Origin: an uncultured delta proteobacterium
GTDB lineage: Bacteria > Myxococcota > Myxococcia > SLRQ01
Assembly (NCBI GenBank): GCA_963727485.1
Contig: CAVSGM010000001.1
Span: 160,001-224,000 of the forward strand
DNA: 64,000 bases
Reading direction: 5' to 3'
Every line of letters begins with the position of its first letter. Position 1 is the first letter of the stretch. Of the stretch, positions 43,418-50,349 are shown piece after piece. The translations under genes were made by a program, and so were the position numbers. Below the pieces are notes generated by a model, which was given only the letters and a program-made list of their open reading frames with translations, did not search any database and was not told the DNA's origin.

Positions 43418-43576
43418 ATGCTGCCGTGGGGCGCCCTGGCGGCCCTGGCGCTCCTGGCCGGCTGCCCGGGCACGGCGGCCGGACCCCCGGCCCAGGACGC
43501 GGGCATCGCCGACGCGGGCATCGCCGACGGCGGCGCGAACCACCAGGTGGGCCTCGGACCCAACGCCAGACCGTGA
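43418..43576 (+). CDS. very short lipoprotein (52 aa), possibly an internally deleted remnant
   Basis: Lipobox LLAGC, 15-bp repeat encoding DAGIA x2. Confidence 0.45.
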   Translation: MLPWGALAALALLAGCPGTAAGPPAQDAGIADAGIADGGANHQVGLGPNARP

Positions 43577-43607
43577 GGCGCCGGTCGGTGCCATCGAGGA
43601 GCAGGCC

Positions 43608-44280
43608 ATGACGAGCCTGAAGACGACCCGCGCGATGGCGGTGGCCCTCCTGACCCTCGCGCCCTGGGCGGGGGCCTGGGCCACCCCGCCGGCGGCGCCG
43701 GCCTACCTGCCCATCCAGGGATACCTCACCGACGCCTCGGGGCAGCCGGTCAACGGCCAGGTCGACGTCACCGTCTCCCTCTGGCCCGGGCCCACCGGCG
43801 GCACGGCGCTCTACCAGGAGACCCAGACGGTGCAGGTGGACCAGGGGAGCTTCAGCCTCTACCTGGGCCAGAACGCCTCACCGCCCCTCGACCTCTCGAT
43901 CTTCCGGGACCGCGCGACGATCTTCGTGGGGGTGAGCGTGGACGGAGGCCCGGAGGTCCAGCCGCGCTACCAGCTCGCCACCACGCCCTACGCCGGCTTC
44001 GCCCAGTTCGCGGGGACGGTCGACTGGTCGGGCGTCACCAACGTCCCCTCGAATCTGGGGCAGGGCGGAGCCCTCGGCGGGCTCTCCTGCGCCAGCGGGC
44101 AGGTGGCCAAGTGGAACGGCAGCGCCGGGGCGAACCTGACACTGACCGGGACCACCTTCGTACCGCCCGGGACCGCATATGCCTTCCATGTCTATATGAC
44201 GGACACGCAGACAAACGTCCCCAACGACGCCTTCTTCGGCTGCCAGGTCGACTACTCGACCACCCGGCTGCAGGCCCTGA
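43608..44280 (+). CDS. secreted protein with fibre-protein-like N-terminal domain (stop restored by a 1-bp correction at ~44274)
   Basis: GAGGAG RBS, signal peptide, IQGYLTDASGQPVNG...LYQET...FSLYLG...PRYQLATTPYA; removing one G at 44274 gives ...LQP-TGA. Confidence 0.6.
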
Positions 44281-44498
44281 CCCGACGCGCGCAGGTGCGG
44301 GTGCTCCCAGTGCAGCCCGGTGAGCAGCCAAGCCTCCAGCACCTCGCCCTCGTCGGGCTCGAAGTCGTCGAGAGGCACCTCCTCGGCGAAGACCTCGTCG
44401 CGGACCCGCGAGAAGCTCGAGCCACCGCAGCCACCGCAGCTCGCCGGGATGCCGAGGTCGTAGGTGCGTACGCCGCAGTCGATGCATTCCCACCACAT
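44252..44498 (-). CDS. small rubredoxin/zinc-ribbon-like protein (~81 aa)
   Basis: AAGGAG RBS; WECIDCG...CGGCGG, acidic linker, EAWLLTGL; the same 1-bp correction gives a stop at 44252. Confidence 0.6.
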
Positions 44499-44614
44499 GG
44501 CGTTGCTCCTTGGCTTCCCCCTGGCTCTCCAATTAGACACCTTGGTCCCAAAACCAACAAGCGGCCGGCCGGGCCGTTGACACGCCTGCCCCGCGGCTGC
44601 GACAACCCGCTCTC

Positions 44615-45805
44615 GTGTCGCACCCGTTGGACTTCATCGATGACGCCCTCGCCAAGCTTGATCGGGCCGAGCTGCGCCGGGTGCTCCACCCCATCACCGG
44701 GGGGAGCGCCGCGGAGATCGTCCTCGACGGCAAGCGCTACCTCGACTTCAGCTCCAACGACTACCTGGGGCTGGCGCGCGACGCGCGACTGGTGGCGGCG
44801 GCGAAGGCGGCGCTCGATCGCGACGGGGTCGGGTCCGGGGCCTCGCGCCTCATCACCGGCCACCACGACGCCCACGCGTCGTTGGAGGGGGCGCTCGCCT
44901 CGCTGAAGGGTACCGAGGCGGCGCTCTCGTTCAACAGCGGCTACCACGCCAACCTCGGCACCATCCCCGCCCTGGTGGGCGAGGGCGACGTCGTCCTCTC
45001 CGACGCCCTCAACCACGCCTCGCTCATCGACGGGGCGAGGCTCTCCCGGGCGCGGATCGAGGTCTACCACCACGGCGATCTCGACGACCTGGCCCGGGCG
45101 CTCGCCGGGGCCCGGGGGAAGCGGCGGCGCCTGGTGCTCACCGACGCCCTCTTCTCCATGGACGGCGACCTCGCGCCCCTCGAGGGCATCTGTGATCTCG
45201 CCGAAGCCGAAGGCGCCATGGTCATGGTCGACGAGGCCCACGCCACCGGGGTCTTCGGCGCGCGCGGCGCCGGGGTCGCCGAGCACCTCGGGGTCTCGGA
45301 TCGGATCGCGGTGCAGATGGGGACCCTGGGCAAGGCGCTCGGGGCCTTCGGCGCCTACGTCGCCGGGGAGCAGCGCCTCCGCGACTACCTGGTGAACCGG
45401 GCGCGGAGCTTCGTGTTCACCACCGGGCTCCCCCCGGCCGTCGCCGCCGCCGCCGAGGCCGCGGTGGGGCTGGTGCGCGAGGACGCCGCGGGCCTCCGGG
45501 CGCGCCTGTGGCGCAACGTCGCCCGCTTCCGCGCCGGCCTCGACACCCTGGGCCTCGACTACCGCCGCTCGCCCTCGCAGATCTTCCCCATCATGGTCGG
45601 GCCGCCCGGGGAGACCATGGCGGTCTCGGCGGCGCTCAAGGACCGCGGGATCTACGCCCACGGCATCCGCCCGCCGACGGTCCCCGAGGGCACCGGCCGG
45701 GTGCGCATGACCCTCCGGGCGACCCACACCGAGGCGCACATCGACGCCGCCCTCGAGGCCCTCGAGGACGTCCTCGGCCCCCGCCGCCGCGCCGCCGGCA
45801 CCTGA
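44615..45805 (+). CDS. bioF: 8-amino-7-oxononanoate synthase
   Basis: FSSNDYLGL, GSGASRL, NHASLIDG, FSMDGD, DEAHATG, GTLGKALG, IRPPTVP. Confidence 0.95.
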   Translation: MSHPLDFIDDALAKLDRAELRRVLHPITGGSAAEIVLDGKRYLDFSSNDYLGLARDARLVAAAKAALDRDGVGSGASRLITGHHDAHASLEGALASLKGTEAALSFNSGYHANLGTIPALVGEGDVVLSDALNHASLIDGARLSRARIEVYHHGDLDDLARALAGARGKRRRLVLTDALFSMDGDLAPLEGICDLAEAEGAMVMVDEAHATGVFGARGAGVAEHLGVSDRIAVQMGTLGKALGAFGAYVAGEQRLRDYLVNRARSFVFTTGLPPAVAAAAEAAVGLVREDAAGLRARLWRNVARFRAGLDTLGLDYRRSPSQIFPIMVGPPGETMAVSAALKDRGIYAHGIRPPTVPEGTGRVRMTLRATHTEAHIDAALEALEDVLGPRRRAAGT

Positions 45806-45846
45806 CCCTGCGCCCGCCGCCTCGAGCCCCCGCCGGAGCGACTCCC

Positions 45847-47115
45847 ATGTCCGATCGCCACGCCCACCTCGTCGACGTCGACACCCACCACGTCTGGCAC
45901 CCCTTCACCCAGATGGCCGACTGGATGGGCACCGAGCCGCTGATCATCGAGCGCGGCGAGGGCGCCTGGCTCTTCGACGACCAGGGCAACCGCTATCTCG
46001 ACGGGGTCAGTAGCCTCTGGGTCACGGTGCACGGCCACCGGCGCCCCGAGATCGACGACGCCATTGGCGCCCAGCTGGGTCGCCTCGACCACTCGACGAT
46101 GCTCGGGCTGGCCAGCGTCCCCTCCATCGAGCTCGCCGAGCAGCTCCTGAAGGTGGTCCCCGAGGGGCTCACCCGGGTGTTCTACAGCGACAACGGCTCC
46201 ACCGCGGTGGAGGTGGCGCTGAAGGTCAGCTACCAGTACTGGCAGCAGCAGGGGCGCCCCGAGAAGCGCACGTTCGCGACCCTGAAGGAGGCCTACCACG
46301 GCGACACCATCGGCTCGGTGTCGCTCGGGGGCATCGACCTCTTCCACGCCACCTACAAGGCGCTGCTCTTCGACAGCTTCAAGCTCGACCCCTTCGACGC
46401 CGAGGGCCTGGAGGCCCTCTTCGCCGAGCACGCAGGTGAGCTGGCGGCGGTGATCATGGAGCCTTTGATGCAAGGCGCCGCCGGGATGATCGCCCACCCG
46501 CCCGGGTTCCTCACCCGGGTGCGCGAGCTCTGCGACGCGCACGAGGTGCTCCTGGTCCTCGACGAGGTGGCCACCGGCTTCGGGCGCACCGGGAAGATGT
46601 TCGCCTGCGAGCACGAGGGCGTGCGCCCCGACGCCCTCTGCGTCGCCAAGGGCATCACCGGCGGCTACCTGCCGCTGGCCGCCACCGTGTTCTCCGAGCG
46701 GATCCACGACGGCTTCCTCGGCGAGGGCCAGACCTTCTTCCACGGCCACACCTACACCGGCAACCCGCTCGCCTGCGCCGCGGCGCTGGCGAACCTGAAG
46801 CTCTTCGAGACCGACCGCACCCTCGAGAAGCTCCAGGGGCGCATCGCCCAGCTCACCGCCGGGCTGGAGAAGCTCGCGGCCCACCCCAAGGTGAAGGAGA
46901 TCCGCCAGCGGGGCTTCATGGTCGGCCTCGAGCTCGACTACCCGGAGACGGTGAAGATGGCCCACGAGGTGTGCATGAAGGTCCGGGAGCGCGAGCTCAT
47001 CCTCCGGAACCTGGGCAACGTGGTGGTGCTGATGCCGCCGCTGTCCATCACCGAGGACGAGCTCGCCCACCTCCTGGAGGTGCTGGGCTGGGCCATCGAC
47101 GCCCTGTGCGGCTGA
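45847..47115 (+). CDS. bioA: adenosylmethionine-8-amino-7-oxononanoate aminotransferase
   Basis: WHPFTQM, SSLWVTVHG, SDNGSTAVEVALK, YHGDT, DEVATGFGRTG, AKGITGGYLP, HGHTYTGN. Confidence 0.95.
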   Translation: MSDRHAHLVDVDTHHVWHPFTQMADWMGTEPLIIERGEGAWLFDDQGNRYLDGVSSLWVTVHGHRRPEIDDAIGAQLGRLDHSTMLGLASVPSIELAEQLLKVVPEGLTRVFYSDNGSTAVEVALKVSYQYWQQQGRPEKRTFATLKEAYHGDTIGSVSLGGIDLFHATYKALLFDSFKLDPFDAEGLEALFAEHAGELAAVIMEPLMQGAAGMIAHPPGFLTRVRELCDAHEVLLVLDEVATGFGRTGKMFACEHEGVRPDALCVAKGITGGYLPLAATVFSERIHDGFLGEGQTFFHGHTYTGNPLACAAALANLKLFETDRTLEKLQGRIAQLTAGLEKLAAHPKVKEIRQRGFMVGLELDYPETVKMAHEVCMKVRERELILRNLGNVVVLMPPLSITEDELAHLLEVLGWAIDALCG

Positions 47116-47261
47116 GGCGAGTCGCACCCCAGGCCCCCCGAGATGAGTTCGGCCGGCACCGGCACCGACACCTCGTCCGCGCACCCCCACTCTTGGCGTG
47201 CGGACGTATGTCGATGCCGGGCCAGCCGTGGGTCCTCACCCGGCCTGGAACTGCCGTCCCC
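47114..47261 (-). ncRNA. candidate rod-shaped small RNA
   Basis: Nested stems 47129-35/47242-48, 47150-57/47221-28, 47159-71/47208-20, 47174-85/47195-206; several G-U pairs only on the minus strand; starts ~12 nt after a sigma54-type promoter. Confidence 0.5.
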
Positions 47262-47270
47262 GGGCAACGA

Positions 47271-47287
47271 TGCGGGGGACGTGCCAA
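47271..47287 (-). promoter_or_regulatory. sigma54-type promoter TTGGCACGTCCCCCGCA
   Basis: TGGCACG at -24 with GG-N10-GC spacing. Confidence 0.6.
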
Positions 47288-47407
47288 CCGTGCCGGGATC
47301 CCGCCAAGCCACTGGCACCACAGGGGAAGGTGCCCACAGGTGCCCTGAAACCGGGCCCGCCAGGGCTCGCTGAGGGGGCTGAATCAGGCAAGACGCGCGC
47401 CGATTCC

Positions 47408-47422
47408 TGCGTGATACGCAGC
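47408..47422. promoter_or_regulatory. palindrome CTGCGT-N3-ACGCAG, possible enhancer-binding-protein site
   Basis: Perfect 6-bp inverted repeat ~120-135 bp upstream of the sigma54-type motif. Confidence 0.35.
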
Positions 47423-47571
47423 ATCTGCGCACTTCTGCGGCCCGCCGGCCCGGACGCAGGACGGCCGGCGCCGGTCCCGCCCCACCTCCCCGCGCGCCGA
47501 AGTCCACCGTGCGTCGGAGGGCGGGCCCGGGACCGGGCCGGCCGTGGTCGTTCCGAGGCCTGGTCGTCAGG

Positions 47572-50145
47572 CTACGGCAGGCTCGTCTGCGGCCGGATGA
47601 GGCCGGTGGTGTCCCCGCCGATGTCCTCGATGCTGTCGTAGAGGAGCTCGCCCATGTAGGCGAAGTTGTGGGCGAAGGCGCCGGGGTCCTTGGTGGCGAA
47701 CTGGAGGTTGAAGGACGCCTTGAGCAGCGCCGGGGTCCAGGCCGAGTAGGCGTTGGCGAACACCGCCTCGGTGGCGTCGCAGCTCCCGCTGGAGTCGGTG
47801 TCGTTGAAGAAGTACGGATAGGCCGCCGGGTCGTAGCAGATGGGGTTGCCACCGGCGATCGACACGGTGCTCATCGCGGCGACGAGCTTCTGGCGCAGCC
47901 CCTCGAGCTGATCGTGGAGGGTGGTGGTCGCCGGGTCGTTGTCGTAGTTGGCGTTGTGCCGCATCACGATGTCCTGAACGTTGGTGATCGAGGTGTGGCA
48001 GATCTGGCAGGTGGCGACGTTGTCCTGGGGCCGGAAGGTGTGCTTGGTCTTCACCGGGTCGTGGCAGAGGGTGCAGCTGGTGCCCGGCGGGTGGGTCCAC
48101 GTGGCGGCGTAGCTCTTGCCGTCGTACTCGTAGCCGACCTTTCCGTCGTCACCGAGGAGGGTCGCCGCCGCCGGCAGGTAGTGGATGTTCACGAAGCCGA
48201 GGGTGCCCGAGGCGATCTTGGCGTCGACGCTGGCCTTCGACTCGCGACCCTGGTGGCAGGTGGCGCACATGTTGGAGTCGTTGTCCTGGAGGCTGGTGGT
48301 CACGCCGCTCGGGAGGGTGACCGTGGGCACCTGGATCCGGGTGAAGGTCTGCAGGTTGTCGTGGCAGGTCTCGCACTGGAGCCCGTTGGCCTGGGCGATG
48401 GGCACCTCGGTGCCGGTCCCGTACTCCAGGAAGAAGTGGAAGCCGGTGGCACCGCCGTGGCAGCGGGAGCAGCTCGCCGACACCGCGCCGTCGGCGTCCC
48501 AGTGGCGGAACTGCTCCGCCGAGCCCTGGAAGTGGCCGAAGTCGGTGCGGGTCAGCCCGGTGACGTTCGCCGGGTTGAGGTCGTTCATCGAGTCGTACAT
48601 CAGCTCGATGACATACTTGGCGTTGTGGGCGAAGGCGCCCGGGTCCTTGGTGACGTACTGGAGGTTGTAGGTCGCCCGCACCAGCCGCGGCGTCCAGGTC
48701 TTGTACCCGTTGGCGAAGACCGCCTCGGTGGCGTCGCAGGCGCCGTTCCCGTCGGTGTCCTTGAAGAAGTAGGGGTAGGTCGCCGGGTCGTAGCAGATGG
48801 CATCGGCGCCGGTGAGGCCGGTGGCGTAGGCCTGGATCGCCGTCAGCAGCTGGGTGCGCAGGTGGTCGACCTCGTGCCAGATGCCCTCGGTGGTGTCGCC
48901 GTTGCCGTCGTAGTCGATGGCCGCCGAGCTCGCCATCCGGATGTTCTTCAGGTCGTCGACGGTGGTGACGCCCGTGTGGCAGGTCTCGCAGGCGTCGAGG
49001 CGGATCTTGAGCGTGTGCTGGTCGTGGCAGCCGACGCACGAGTCGCGGGTGGACACGTGGGCGAAGCGCACGTCGTAGCTCTGGCCGTCGTACTGGTAGC
49101 CGCCCTGCACCAGGCCGCCGTTGAGGGTGGCGCCGGCGGCGAAGTAGTGGACGTTGATGAACCCGAGGCTGGTGTCGATGGTGTCCGGGGCGGCGGTGGT
49201 GGGCACCGCGGTGTTCACGCTCACCGTGGACTCACGCCCCTGGTGGCAGACCATGCACCGCGCCGAGCTGTCGAGGTTGGAGACGGTGGCCCCCGAGGGG
49301 AAGGTCACCGAGGTGAGCTTCTGGGCGGCGGCGCTGTGGCAGGCGTTGCAGGTGATCACCTCGCCCACCGGCACCGCGTGGTCCACCGTGCCCACCGCGC
49401 TCCCGTCGTCGCCGAGGTAGTCGCGGTAGCCGCTGGTGGTGTGGCACCGGGCGCAGGAGGTGGGCACCTCCGGCGGGTCGTCGGCGTTCCAGTGGGTGAA
49501 GGGCTCGGCGGTGGCCAGGGCGTGCCCCGACCCGGCCCAGGCGTCGTAGTTGGGGATCTTGGTGGGATCGATCCCGGGCTCCAGGATCACCACGCCCACG
49601 TCGCCCTTGGCGCCGGTGTCGGCGCCGGTGGCGGTGACCACCGCCTCGCCGGGCCCGACCGCGGTCACCAGGCCGGTGGCATCCACGGAGGCGACCTGGT
49701 CGTCGCTCGAGGCCCAGGTGTAGCCGGAGTCGGTGCCGTTGGTGGTGGTGGCGGTGGCCTGGGTGGTGCCCCCGATGGCGAGCATGTAGGTGGTGACCGC
49801 GGCGGCGACCGTGGCGGTCGGCGGCTCGGTGAGGACCGCGACGCCGTGGCTGGCGGCGGCGGCGGTGTCCTTGCCGGTGACGCTGATCTTCGTCTCACCG
49901 GCGGCGACGCCGGTGACCTTGCCGGTGGCGTCGACGGTGGCGATGGCGGTGTCGGCGCTCGACCAGGTGTAGCCCGAGTCGGTGCCGTTCACCGTGGTGG
50001 CGGTGAGCTTGAGCGTCTGGCCCACCTGGACCGAGACGTCGCCGGCGATCTGGACCACGGGCGTGGCCTTGGTGCCGGCGCAGGCGGTGACGAACGAGAG
50101 GCCGAGGAGCAGGACGCTCCTGGACCAGAGGCGATGACGGCGCAT
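47572..50145 (-). CDS. decaheme c-type cytochrome lipoprotein: 2 Ig-like (Big_2) domains plus a duplicated pentaheme module
   Basis: Lipobox FVTAC; two TWxSxD..ATVDATG.VT domains; 10 CxxCH (CARCH, CNACH, CMVCH, CVGCH, CETCH / CSRCH, CETCH, CATCH, CTLCH, CQICH); each half ends DPGAFAHN..Y..EL.YDS; GGAGG RBS. Confidence 0.92.
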   Translation of the reverse strand: MRRHRLWSRSVLLLGLSFVTACAGTKATPVVQIAGDVSVQVGQTLKLTATTVNGTDSGYTWSSADTAIATVDATGKVTGVAAGETKISVTGKDTAAAASHGVAVLTEPPTATVAAAVTTYMLAIGGTTQATATTTNGTDSGYTWASSDDQVASVDATGLVTAVGPGEAVVTATGADTGAKGDVGVVILEPGIDPTKIPNYDAWAGSGHALATAEPFTHWNADDPPEVPTSCARCHTTSGYRDYLGDDGSAVGTVDHAVPVGEVITCNACHSAAAQKLTSVTFPSGATVSNLDSSARCMVCHQGRESTVSVNTAVPTTAAPDTIDTSLGFINVHYFAAGATLNGGLVQGGYQYDGQSYDVRFAHVSTRDSCVGCHDQHTLKIRLDACETCHTGVTTVDDLKNIRMASSAAIDYDGNGDTTEGIWHEVDHLRTQLLTAIQAYATGLTGADAICYDPATYPYFFKDTDGNGACDATEAVFANGYKTWTPRLVRATYNLQYVTKDPGAFAHNAKYVIELMYDSMNDLNPANVTGLTRTDFGHFQGSAEQFRHWDADGAVSASCSRCHGGATGFHFFLEYGTGTEVPIAQANGLQCETCHDNLQTFTRIQVPTVTLPSGVTTSLQDNDSNMCATCHQGRESKASVDAKIASGTLGFVNIHYLPAAATLLGDDGKVGYEYDGKSYAATWTHPPGTSCTLCHDPVKTKHTFRPQDNVATCQICHTSITNVQDIVMRHNANYDNDPATTTLHDQLEGLRQKLVAAMSTVSIAGGNPICYDPAAYPYFFNDTDSSGSCDATEAVFANAYSAWTPALLKASFNLQFATKDPGAFAHNFAYMGELLYDSIEDIGGDTTGLIRPQTSLP

Positions 50146-50259
50146 GTTCCCCTCCCCGTGCGGACCGACCCGGCCGACGTTCGTCCGCGTGGGGGGACGT
50201 CGACTGCTCCGGTCCGGGAATGACGCGTGCCAGGAGCAAGTTCCTGACGCGGGGCAGCG

Positions 50260-50276
50260 TGCGCGTCGCGTGCCAA
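50260..50276 (-). promoter_or_regulatory. sigma54-type promoter TTGGCACGCGACGCGCA
   Basis: TGGCACG with GG-N10-GC spacing, ~115 bp upstream of the cytochrome ATG. Confidence 0.6.
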
Positions 50277-50349
50277 CCGCGCCCGGGTCCCCGGAGGGCC
50301 CCCGGGCGGCTTGCGGCAACGCCGACCCTGGGGTTTGGTAGCCCCGGAA

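Noticed and set aside
44545..44585. BirA operator upstream of bioF
   Set aside because: Only one half-site (GTTGACA) matches; the partner half (ACCAAC) is poor, and a -35 box explains it equally well
47225..47400. Cobalamin riboswitch suggested by AGCCACTGG...GGGAAGG on the + strand
   Set aside because: No recognisable 5' GGGAA/GGTG..AA.TCC core or 3' B12 box, and no + strand gene downstream to regulate
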